Below, piece after piece: positions 30,067 through 38,307 of a DNA stretch of 64,000 nucleotides (positions are counted from its first letter, which is position 1; every line of letters starts with the position of its first letter). Below the pieces are notes generated by a model. It did not search any database and had not been told where the DNA came from. It was given only the letters and a program-made list of their open reading frames with translations. The DNA comes from an uncultured Bacilli bacterium (GTDB lineage Bacteria; Bacillota_I; Bacilli_A; RF39; UBA660). The stretch is from contig CAKPMY010000002.1 of NCBI GenBank assembly GCA_934168245.1, positions 78,237 through 142,236 on the forward strand. Direction: 5' to 3'. A program made the position numbers and the translations under genes.

Positions 30067-30404
30067 TCCTGACCTACCCAACATAATTAAAAATAACTCT
30101 AATAATGTTGAAAATTCAATAACTAATACTGAAAACATAAACAATGAAACCGATTTAACTAATTTAGTATCTCAAGGTAAATTATATTACCCTGCTTTAC
30201 CGGCTGACTTAGAGGAAAGATTAAAACCTCTATCTCAAACAGTATCAACTCAAATCATTGAAAACTGGCAAGAAAAAGATAAGAAATCAGCTCAAATATT
30301 TACAGTCCGTAGCGAAAAAGATACAAATAAGCAAATGTAAACATTAAAATGTTTGCATTTTTTTAACAGTTCCTGTACACTAGAAAGTCAAGGAGTAGAT
30401 ATTA

Positions 30405-31214
30405 ATGAAAAAAGTAGAGTTAAAAAATGCTAAAGAGAAATTTGCTAATGCCCGAGAACTTTGTCCAGGAATGTCTGAAGAAATGTATATAGTAACAGAT
30501 TATTTAGCAACCGTCATTAAAGACACAGTAATACCCGAAAAACTTATCCTAACAGTCTTAGATATCCTTGCTGATATTGATAAAGGTAAAACAAGTTACA
30601 AAGAAAAACCATTTCCTGAATTTTTTATAAAAGATACCAAGGCCACAACTATCAGAATGCTAGCCCTTCCAAAATATATCGATGAAATTGCTGATGAAGA
30701 ATTTGCTAAACAATATCGTAAAGTAAGTAAAGAAATTTTTAATCTTGCACCACCAAAATCAATAAAAACAGAACTTGGCGAAGAATATCCTGAATATGCC
30801 AAAGTTGCTGCTAACTATTGGGCTAATGCTATTCAAGCACCTAAACTTAATAACGGTGATGGTTTTACTTCATTCATCGCAACTGCCGCCGCAGGTCCTG
30901 TAAAAAAATATACTGATGAAGAAATAAAAACTTTCCAAGACAACCTTACAGAAAGCATTTATGAATTAACAGAAACATATGGAGAATGTTTACTATATGT
31001 AGATTATGGACCATGCCCTATTCTAGCCAATGCCGGTAGTTTAATCGGTGTTAATCAAATGTTTGGTTATCCTTGGAAAACTAGAATGTACATTACAAAA
31101 AAATCAGTTGAAGTAAAAGAAGGCTATGGTGCCAATAGAAAAGTTATATATTCAAAATTAGATGTTCTAAAAAACGGAGTCAAAAAGGTTCTTAATATAA
31201 AACCAAAACAATAA
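30405..31214 (+). CDS. Hypothetical protein, tandem paralog 1 (269 aa)
   Basis: MKKVELKNAKEKFANARELCPGMSEEMYIVTDYLATVIKDTVIP... The AGGAG RBS sits 7 nt upstream. Confidence 0.55.
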   Translation: MKKVELKNAKEKFANARELCPGMSEEMYIVTDYLATVIKDTVIPEKLILTVLDILADIDKGKTSYKEKPFPEFFIKDTKATTIRMLALPKYIDEIADEEFAKQYRKVSKEIFNLAPPKSIKTELGEEYPEYAKVAANYWANAIQAPKLNNGDGFTSFIATAAAGPVKKYTDEEIKTFQDNLTESIYELTETYGECLLYVDYGPCPILANAGSLIGVNQMFGYPWKTRMYITKKSVEVKEGYGANRKVIYSKLDVLKNGVKKVLNIKPKQ

Positions 31215-31279
31215 TTTATATAAAGTTATCATTTAGATAATAAACGTAATAATTATATAGACTAAGGAGGATGTTATCA

Positions 31280-32077
31280 ATGGAAATACCAAAATTAAAA
31301 AATGCTAAAGAAAAATTTGCTAAAGCAAGAGAACTTTGTCCAGGCATGGAAGAAGAAATGTATGTTATGACTGATTATTTAGCAACTGCCATCAAAGATA
31401 CAGTAATACCAGCAAGACTTATCCTAACTGTATCTAGTATTGAAAATGCTATAAAAAAAGGAAAAAGCAATTATAAAGAAAGTCCGTTTCCTGAACTTTT
31501 TATAAAAGATCCTTGGCGTGCATCAGTAGCAATAACAGCACTTTCTCAATGTGTTGATGAAATTGCTGATAAAGACTTTGCTGACGAATATCGAAAACTA
31601 GGTAATGACTTTTTTGGTGCTGTACTGCCAAAAAAAATAAATACTGCAAATGGTGAAGATTATCCAGAATACGCCAAAGTTGCTGCTGAATATTGGGCAA
31701 ACACACTTCAAACAAGAAACTTTAATAATGGCGATGAACTTACCTCAATCTTTGCCATGGCTATAGCAGGTTCAAAAAGAGAATATACAGAAGAGGAACT
31801 AAAAATATTTAAAGAAAGTTTAGCCGAAAATGTTTACGAAAAAGTAGAAACCTATGGAACATGTACTATAGATGTAGATTATGGACCATGCTACCTTCTA
31901 GCCAAAGCCGGAAAATTAATTGATGTAGATCCTTTTGATTATCCATGGAAAACTAGTATGATTGCTACTAAAGAAAAAGTTACAGTACGTGCCGGCTATG
32001 GTGCAGACAGAAAAGTTTTATATCAACAAAATAGTAATGAAAAATCAAAGAAATTAACAAAAGATACCACCAACTAA
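31280..32077 (+). CDS. Hypothetical protein, tandem paralog 2 (about 266 aa)
   Basis: MEIPKLKNAKEKFAKARELCPGMEEEMYVMTDYLATAIKDTVIP..., colinear with the upstream gene. Start placed at the ATG at 31280, 10 nt after an AAGGAGG RBS. Confidence 0.55.
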   Translation: MEIPKLKNAKEKFAKARELCPGMEEEMYVMTDYLATAIKDTVIPARLILTVSSIENAIKKGKSNYKESPFPELFIKDPWRASVAITALSQCVDEIADKDFADEYRKLGNDFFGAVLPKKINTANGEDYPEYAKVAAEYWANTLQTRNFNNGDELTSIFAMAIAGSKREYTEEELKIFKESLAENVYEKVETYGTCTIDVDYGPCYLLAKAGKLIDVDPFDYPWKTSMIATKEKVTVRAGYGADRKVLYQQNSNEKSKKLTKDTTN

Positions 32078-32105
32078 AAAAGAAACATCTTTAACATAAG
32101 TAAAT

Positions 32106-32141
32106 AAAAAGACTTCAAAAATAACATTAAGAAGTCTTTTT
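32106..32141. terminator. Bidirectional rho-independent terminator
   Basis: AAAAAGACTTC-N14-GAAGTCTTTTT between convergent genes. Confidence 0.6.
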
Positions 32142-32178
32142 ATTTACTTAAAAATATTAAACAGTTAATGTAAGTTTT

Positions 32179-32883
32179 TTACTTTTTCTTAACAAACTTT
32201 TTATCTACGCCTACTAAAACAGCATTAGGTAATGGTGGTCTTAAACTCAAACTAGTTGGATACCATATATCTAATCCAGTCCGTTTACTATTTCCACTTG
32301 CCATAAACTGAAATGCAGCCTCCTCTTCCCCAAATGCAATTTCTTTAGCCTTACACATCACATTCCAAGTAGGACTACTTTTGATTAATCTACCATCTTT
32401 AGTAAAACAATTCACTCTTGCTACTTGCCATCCATCAGTATTACCAATTTTAATTTTTACAGTAATACCATCATGTTCAAATTCTAGATTACTACTTAAT
32501 TCATCTTCATTAACAGAATGTAATGGTGGAATGTTCATATTATAATTATTTGGTCTCCATAAATGAAGGCAATAAGGATGAGTATTAATATAGTCTTCTT
32601 CTCTTGGATGAAGTTGAAATACAACCTCTTCTTCCGCAAATAACTTTTCTTTTATCATCTGCATTTCTTCAAATGAAGGACATCTTTTAATATTTGCCCC
32701 ATTCTTTCTATGCAAAGAAACACTTACATGATCCCAGCCAAAACCATTTGATGCAACTAAAAAAAAGAATTCTCCATCTTTATGTCTATCAATAACAAAA
32801 GCACCATTGTGTTCATCACCAACAACACCATCACCATATAAGTCTACTCTTACAAGACCACATACCATATCTAAATTTTTCAT
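32179..32883 (-). CDS. Hypothetical protein (234 aa), higher GC than surroundings, internal two-lobed repeat
   Basis: GC is about 35% against about 27% nearby. Motifs GFGWDHVSVSL, FAEEEVVFQLHP...HLWRP and FGEEEAAFQFM...DIWYP. It has its own TTGACA-17-TAGAAT promoter and is followed by a terminator. Confidence 0.5.
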   Translation of the reverse strand: MKNLDMVCGLVRVDLYGDGVVGDEHNGAFVIDRHKDGEFFFLVASNGFGWDHVSVSLHRKNGANIKRCPSFEEMQMIKEKLFAEEEVVFQLHPREEDYINTHPYCLHLWRPNNYNMNIPPLHSVNEDELSSNLEFEHDGITVKIKIGNTDGWQVARVNCFTKDGRLIKSSPTWNVMCKAKEIAFGEEEAAFQFMASGNSKRTGLDIWYPTSLSLRPPLPNAVLVGVDKKFVKKK

Positions 32884-33060
32884 AAAAATTCCCCACTTAC
32901 TAGTGGATTATTCTATACTGTAAAAGAAAGCTTGTCAACCACAACAAAACATCGCGAAAAAAAATATTTACATGAAATTTATTTTAAAATTAACATCATC
33001 CTGAGATTTTCCTCGTTCGTTCATATATAACAGAAATAAAGTCGGAGTAAAAAGCAGAGT

Positions 33061-33093
33061 AAAAAAAGAAAAATCGTTGATATCCAACGATTT
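33061..33093 (-). terminator. Rho-independent terminator after tRNA-Gly
   Basis: AATCGTTG-atatc-CAACGATT followed on the minus strand by a T-run. Confidence 0.6.
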
Positions 33094-33105
33094 TGATAAC
33101 ATATT

Positions 33106-33180
33106 TGGAGCGAACGAGGGGAATCGAACCCCCATCACAGCCTTGGCAAGGCCGTATTCTAACCATTAAACCACATTCGC
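33106..33180 (-). tRNA. tRNA-Gly (GCC)
   Basis: Reverse complement GCGAATGTGGTTTAATGGTTAGAATACGGCCTTGCCAAGGCTGTGATGGGGGTTCGATTCCCCTCGTTCGCTCCA. Anticodon loop TTGCCAA. Confidence 0.85.
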
Positions 33181-33183
33181 AAT

Positions 33184-33257
33184 TGGAGGGGCCTACCGGA
33201 TTTGAACCGGTGATCAGGGTGTTGCAGACCCACGCCTTACCACTTGGCTAAAACCCC
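33184..33257 (-). tRNA. tRNA-Cys (GCA)
   Basis: Reverse complement GGGGTTTTAGCCAAGTGGTAAGGCGTGGGTCTGCAACACCCTGATCACCGGTTCAAATCCGGTAGGCCCCTCCA. Anticodon loop CTGCAAC. Confidence 0.8.
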
Positions 33258-33269
33258 ATTGCATTTAAA

Positions 33270-33298
33270 ATTATAACAGATGATTTTAAAAATTTCAA
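33270..33298 (-). promoter_or_regulatory. Sigma-A promoter for the tRNA Cys-Gly pair (TTGAAA-17-TATAAT)
   Basis: The minus strand reads TTGAAA tttttaaaatcatctgt TATAAT, about 12 nt upstream of the tRNA-Cys 5' end. Confidence 0.6.
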
Positions 33299-33347
33299 CA
33301 AAATTGTATCATTTTTATAATTTTATGCTAAAAAAGAAGCAATATTA

Positions 33348-34607
33348 CTACTGCTTCACTACAAAATCACAAATATTTTTAAAATTATACCTAAATTCAT
33401 TGTTACTAACAATAGGCACAAGTCCAATAACTTCATTATAATAATACATTGTATCATCAGAAACTACCATTACATTTCCATCTTTAACCTTCCATTCAGA
33501 AACAGAATCAAAACGAAATAACAGAGCTGCCTTATCCAAATCAGTTTTGAAAACCTTATAAAAATCTCCTTTATCCGTAACAAAATAATACATATCATTA
33601 TCTTTCTGAACTAACTTTGCTCCATACTTTTCCTTTAACCTATTATTAACAACAACATTAGTCCAAATTTTCTTATCATCCAAATACTCCTTAGCCGAAA
33701 CTGTTACTAAATTTCTTCCAGAAATATTCTTAAATCCCTTCTTAACATTACCAACTTCTTTAACAGTCTCCTGATCAGCATTTAACACATACTGCTTCTT
33801 TTTATCTAAATCTGTAAAATAAAACTTTCCATCATACTGTCCATTAATATACATATTAAATGATATATGTTCATCTAAATCTATTCTACCTTTACCTCCA
33901 TCAACAACATCATATAAATAAAAGGCTGCATACTCATTACCAGAATTCATATCCGTATTAATTGAAACATAATAATGCCCAGTAAGTAAAGATAGTTTGT
34001 TCTCATACTGATCAACATTTAAAAAATCTTTTTTCACAAAATTACCGCTCTTTAATATATAAAATCCACGATAAGCCCAAACCGTAAAAAATGTCTTTTC
34101 TGGAATATTATTCAAATAAAATTTATAATTACCATCCTCAGTCGCAACAGTATCACTCTTCCAAGAAAGGGCCGTATACTTTTTCTTTTTTAGTTCTCCA
34201 ATAATTTTATTAAATGATGGACTATTAACCTGTTTCAAATAACTATAACTTGCTTGAACATTATTATAATTACAATAAATATCACTAGTTTTATCATTCT
34301 TATAAATTGGATAAATACACTTTAAATCATCTTCTTTAAAAAACTTTACATCCTTAATTATTCTATCCTGACCATTATAATTATGATCGAAATAAAAGAA
34401 ATACGTATCTTTATTATCATCGACCACTTTAAATGAATAAGTATTTTTCTTACCCACAATCTTCATTTTTTCAATAATTAAATACGAATTATCTTTTGTA
34501 ATAATAGAATACTCCACCTCATGATGCTTAATTAAAACTTGTACAACAACTTGCAAGGCCAAGCCTGCAACACCCAAAAGTAATAAAATAGGAAGTAACT
34601 TTTTCAT
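33348..34607 (-). CDS. Secreted hypothetical protein (419 aa)
   Basis: Signal peptide MKKLLPILLLLGVAGLALQ, rich in Y/K/D. A terminator hairpin GAAGCA-N10-TGCTTC plus a T-run lies at the stop. Confidence 0.5.
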   Translation of the reverse strand: MKKLLPILLLLGVAGLALQVVVQVLIKHHEVEYSIITKDNSYLIIEKMKIVGKKNTYSFKVVDDNKDTYFFYFDHNYNGQDRIIKDVKFFKEDDLKCIYPIYKNDKTSDIYCNYNNVQASYSYLKQVNSPSFNKIIGELKKKKYTALSWKSDTVATEDGNYKFYLNNIPEKTFFTVWAYRGFYILKSGNFVKKDFLNVDQYENKLSLLTGHYYVSINTDMNSGNEYAAFYLYDVVDGGKGRIDLDEHISFNMYINGQYDGKFYFTDLDKKKQYVLNADQETVKEVGNVKKGFKNISGRNLVTVSAKEYLDDKKIWTNVVVNNRLKEKYGAKLVQKDNDMYYFVTDKGDFYKVFKTDLDKAALLFRFDSVSEWKVKDGNVMVVSDDTMYYYNEVIGLVPIVSNNEFRYNFKNICDFVVKQ

Positions 34608-34664
34608 ACTATCACCATCTTCATTATAGCAAAAAAAAAAGTCTAAATAAAGACTTTAATTTTT

Positions 34665-35126
34665 CTAATCCTCTTCATCTTCATCATCATCATGACTATG
34701 AGAATAATATTTCTTTTTCATTTCCATCATATAACTACTAATTTCAGTTTCAATCTCTGGTAAAGCCTCTACTCCAATATTAGAAAGAGTAATAAATTCC
34801 TTTACTGTATCAATGTAAACTTTACCCCAAATTAATCCACCTTTGACTTTTAAATCATTAAATAAATCAGGAGTTACTGAATCCAAAAAGTATCCAAATA
34901 CTACTCTCTTACGTCCAATAAGAATTCTCTTATCAGTAAGAGCAACAACTGCCGTACCTAAAATATCTAACGGATTATCATTCTTTTGAGCCACAAATAC
35001 ATACAAAACCTTTTCTCCTGGATTTAAGTGTTTCTCTACGATTGATGCATTCTGTTTTAGACGCCATCCTATTGTAGAAGGATGCGCCTCTTTAAATTTT
35101 AATGCCTTTTTATAAACTATGCCCAT
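34665..35126 (-). CDS. Bacterial PH-domain (YokE/bPH) protein with acidic tail
   Basis: GWRLKQNASIVEKHLNPGEKVLYVFVAQKNDNP...ALTDKRILIGRKRVV fits the bPH pattern. Start placed at the Met at 35126, 5 nt after a GGAGG RBS. C-terminus is DDDEDEED. Confidence 0.5.
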   Translation of the reverse strand: MGIVYKKALKFKEAHPSTIGWRLKQNASIVEKHLNPGEKVLYVFVAQKNDNPLDILGTAVVALTDKRILIGRKRVVFGYFLDSVTPDLFNDLKVKGGLIWGKVYIDTVKEFITLSNIGVEALPEIETEISSYMMEMKKKYYSHSHDDDEDEED

Positions 35127-35322
35127 ATTGACCTCCAAACTAACTGTAGCAATTTACTAAAATTATTATAACATACTTAAAATAAACTGCAAAATAATTT
35201 TTCTAAAGAACCAACACTAATAGTAAAATTGTGTACTATTAAAAAATTATGTCTTATCTTGTCGACAGAAAAAGAAATAGTAAAAAACTAGCCATCATAT
35301 TCTTAAATGAGGACGTGATACT

Positions 35323-36237
35323 ATCAAAAAAACTATTGGATTACCAAGAGCATTACTCTACTATTATGACAAAGACTTCTGGCAAGCCTTCTTTACTGAC
35401 CTAGGCTTCGATACAATTATAAGCTCCAAAAGTAACAAAAAAATCCTACAAAATGGCACAACTTTTGCCAATTCTGAAAGTTGTCTAGCCATAAAAATAT
35501 ATCTAGGTCATATCCTAGACTTAAAAGATAAATGTGACTATATTCTAGTACCCAGAATGTATTCAATAAAGAAAAATGAACAGGTTTGTACAAATTTCAA
35601 CTGCCTATACGATCTCGTAAACAATCTTTTCGACGTAAAAATATTAAACTACAATATCGACCTAACTAAAGGAAAAACTAAACTAATAGCCTTTCTAAAA
35701 CTAGGTGAAGACTTAGGTATATCATATATAGAAACCTACAATGCTTTTAAACGTGCCGAAAAAAAAGCGCAAGAACAAAGAAAAATCAATGAAGAAGCCC
35801 AGCGTCAACTCCTAGAAACAAGTAACCTAAAAATACTTCTTGCTGGCCACCCTTACAATTTATATGATGACCTAATCGGAAAAGCCATAACCGACTTTCT
35901 AACCCAAAATAACATTTCAGTTCTCTACAGTGACAAAATAGATAACACAATAATTGATACCGAGTGTCAACAACTATCAACAGACATTCACTGGACTCAT
36001 AGTAAAGAAGTAGTTGCCAGTATCAATTACTATCATGATAAAGTTGACGGAATCATTATAATATCTTCATTTCCATGTGGACCAGACTCCCTAAGTAATG
36101 AACTAGTAACCAGAAAAATAAAAAACATTCCTATCATTACTCTAGTATTTGAAGACCTAAACAGTGAGTCTGGCATCATCACTAGACTTGAAAGTTTTAT
36201 AGATATCCTAGAAAGGAGAAATCTATGTCAAAAATAA
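35323..36237 (+). CDS. 2-hydroxyacyl-CoA dehydratase/activase-associated DUF2229-like protein, N-terminal half. Homology begins at an ATC codon (35323); the first in-frame ATG is at 35557
   Basis: The frame is open from 35311 and encodes (I)KKTIGLPRALLYYYDKDFWQAFFTDLGFDTIISS..., the family-typical N-terminus (MKIGIPRALLYY...). A GAGGA RBS lies 9 nt upstream of ATC at 35323. The listed ORF from 35557 lacks 78 conserved residues. Confidence 0.5.
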   Translation: MKKTIGLPRALLYYYDKDFWQAFFTDLGFDTIISSKSNKKILQNGTTFANSESCLAIKIYLGHILDLKDKCDYILVPRMYSIKKNEQVCTNFNCLYDLVNNLFDVKILNYNIDLTKGKTKLIAFLKLGEDLGISYIETYNAFKRAEKKAQEQRKINEEAQRQLLETSNLKILLAGHPYNLYDDLIGKAITDFLTQNNISVLYSDKIDNTIIDTECQQLSTDIHWTHSKEVVASINYYHDKVDGIIIISSFPCGPDSLSNELVTRKIKNIPIITLVFEDLNSESGIITRLESFIDILERRNLCQK

Positions 36238-37292
36238 TTAGTTTTCCACATCTAGGTGACTACTATATCCCAATCGAAACCTTTTTAAAAAGAACAACTC
36301 ATTTAAAAGTTAAACCTTCTCCACCTATCACAAAAAAAACAATTGAACTCGGTGCCAAATATTCACCAGACTCAGTCTGTCTCCCATTCAAATACAACCT
36401 TGGTAACTTCATAGAATCTCTAAATCAAGGCGCAACCGTACTCTTTACTGCCGGTGGAGGTTGTCGTTACCGCTACTATGCCGAAGTAACCAAAACAATT
36501 CTAAAAGACCTAGGCTTTGACTTTGAATTTTACAATCTAATCGAAAATGGCAAACTAAATCTCCTAAAAGTCTATAAAAACTTTAAAAAACTAAATCCAA
36601 ACCTAAACTTAATCTATTTTATTCATCAACTACTATACACAGTCTTCTTCATCTGGCACATGGATAAAATTGACAAAATAATCAGAACAAGAATCGGTTT
36701 TGAAATTGAAAATAACTCCTTTCTAAAAATTAAAAATAAAATGCTAACATCCTTCAAAAAAACAAAATCCATTACCAAACTATCCTACCGCTATTTTAAA
36801 TACAAACACCTCATCAAAAAAATTCCTATCGCAAAACCAAAAAACTGTCTAAAAGTCGGTATAATTGGTGAACTATACACTGCCATGGAACCATTCGCAA
36901 CCTATTTTCTTGAAAAAGAATTGGCCAAAATGCATATTGAAATAAAAAGATACACCAATCTAAGTTACCTCCTTTGGCAAAAAAAATATCTAACACCTCA
37001 CATGTTAAAAGTAACAAAGCCCTACTGTAAATACACTCTAGGTGCTGACGGACTAGATAACGTTTACCGAACTATAAAACTCATAAATAAAAAATATGAC
37101 GGTATTATTCATACTAAACCATTTGGTTGTACCCCAGAAATAGGCGCCATTCCCATAATTCAAAAAATATGTAACGACCATGAAATGCCTATAATTTTCT
37201 TTTCATACGATGTTGAAACTTCCGATGAAGGAATAAAAACTAGATTAGAAGCCTTTGAAGACTTAATAAGAATAAGGAGAGATAAAAAATGA
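36225..37292 (+). CDS. 2-hydroxyacyl-CoA dehydratase/activase-associated protein, second subunit-like
   Basis: MSKIISFPHLGDYYIPIETFLKRTTHLKVKPSPPITKKTIELGAKYSPDSVCLPFKYNLGNFIESLNQGATVLFTAGGGCRYRYYAE resembles the conserved partner of BadF/BadG-type activases. It overlaps both the upstream and downstream genes, suggesting translational coupling. Confidence 0.55.
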   Translation: MSKIISFPHLGDYYIPIETFLKRTTHLKVKPSPPITKKTIELGAKYSPDSVCLPFKYNLGNFIESLNQGATVLFTAGGGCRYRYYAEVTKTILKDLGFDFEFYNLIENGKLNLLKVYKNFKKLNPNLNLIYFIHQLLYTVFFIWHMDKIDKIIRTRIGFEIENNSFLKIKNKMLTSFKKTKSITKLSYRYFKYKHLIKKIPIAKPKNCLKVGIIGELYTAMEPFATYFLEKELAKMHIEIKRYTNLSYLLWQKKYLTPHMLKVTKPYCKYTLGADGLDNVYRTIKLINKKYDGIIHTKPFGCTPEIGAIPIIQKICNDHEMPIIFFSYDVETSDEGIKTRLEAFEDLIRIRRDKK

Positions 37293-38239
37293 TTAAAGGT
37301 TACCTAGGAATTGATATTGGTTCAATATCTACAAAAGGAGTCATAATAGACAAAAATAACACCATTCTAGCAAGTACCTATCTATGGACTAAAGGAAATC
37401 CAATAAATGCCGTAAAAGAAGTCCTAAAAGATCTACAAACTCAAATAAAAAACAAAAATATAAAAATAGTTTCAGTCGGTACCACTGGTTCAGCCAGAAA
37501 ACTAATTGGCACTATGTTAAATGCCACAATCATAAAAAATGAAATCACTGCTCATGCTATTGGAACCTTATCAAGATATCCAAATATCAGAACCATTATC
37601 GAAATTGGAGGCCAAGACTCTAAAATAATTCTCATTAAAGATGGAATCGTAATAGACTATGCCATGAATACCTTGTGTGCCGCTGGTACAGGTGCTTTTT
37701 TAACTAGTCAGGCCAAACGTCTAGAGATTCCTATCGAAGAATTTGGCAAAATTGCCTTAACTAGTACCAATCCTGCCTCTATTGCTGCTAGATGCACAGT
37801 CTTTGCTGAAAGTGACTTAGTTCATAAAGCCCAACTAGGCTATGAAAAAAAAGATATAGTCGCTGGTCTTTGTCGAAGCATTGCCTTAAACTACCTAAAC
37901 AACGTTGCCAAAGGTAAAAAAATAGAAGACCCAATCATCTTTCAAGGTGGAGTATCTAAAAATATAGCCGTCAAAAAAGCCTTTGAAGACATTTTAAATA
38001 CCAAAATAATTACTGATAAAGACGGACATCTAATGGGTGCCCTAGGTGTAGCCATTCTCTCTAAAGAAAAAGAAGAAATAAACTTCTCCTTTAACATCAT
38101 TACCGATAGTTTTAAAACAACCAGTAAAAACTGTGAAAACTGTCCTAATAATTGTGAAATAATCTGTATCGAGAAAAATAACCATCTAATTGACTCTTGG
38201 GGCAATCGTTGTGAACGAGGCAAAGTAAAAACTTCTTAA
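37289..38239 (+). CDS. BadF/BadG/BcrA/BcrD-type ATPase (CoA-substrate-specific enzyme activase, HgdC-like) with Cys-rich C-terminus
   Basis: ASKHA-fold N-terminus LGIDIGSISTKGVIIDKNN. GTTGSAR and GGQDSK motifs. The C-terminus CENCPNNCEIICIEKN...WGNRCERG is a putative metal/FeS-binding region. Confidence 0.65.
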   Translation: MIKGYLGIDIGSISTKGVIIDKNNTILASTYLWTKGNPINAVKEVLKDLQTQIKNKNIKIVSVGTTGSARKLIGTMLNATIIKNEITAHAIGTLSRYPNIRTIIEIGGQDSKIILIKDGIVIDYAMNTLCAAGTGAFLTSQAKRLEIPIEEFGKIALTSTNPASIAARCTVFAESDLVHKAQLGYEKKDIVAGLCRSIALNYLNNVAKGKKIEDPIIFQGGVSKNIAVKKAFEDILNTKIITDKDGHLMGALGVAILSKEKEEINFSFNIITDSFKTTSKNCENCPNNCEIICIEKNNHLIDSWGNRCERGKVKTS

Positions 38240-38249
38240 CCGTCTATCA

Positions 38250-38300
38250 AATAATCAAACAAAAAAAAGATAATATAGTTAGAACACTTCTCAACTATCT
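38250..38300. terminator. Bidirectional terminator hairpin between the convergent activase and ABC-F genes
   Basis: AAGATAATATAGTT-N13-AACTATCTTATCTT followed by T-runs on both strands. Confidence 0.5.
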
Positions 38301-38307
38301 TATCTTT

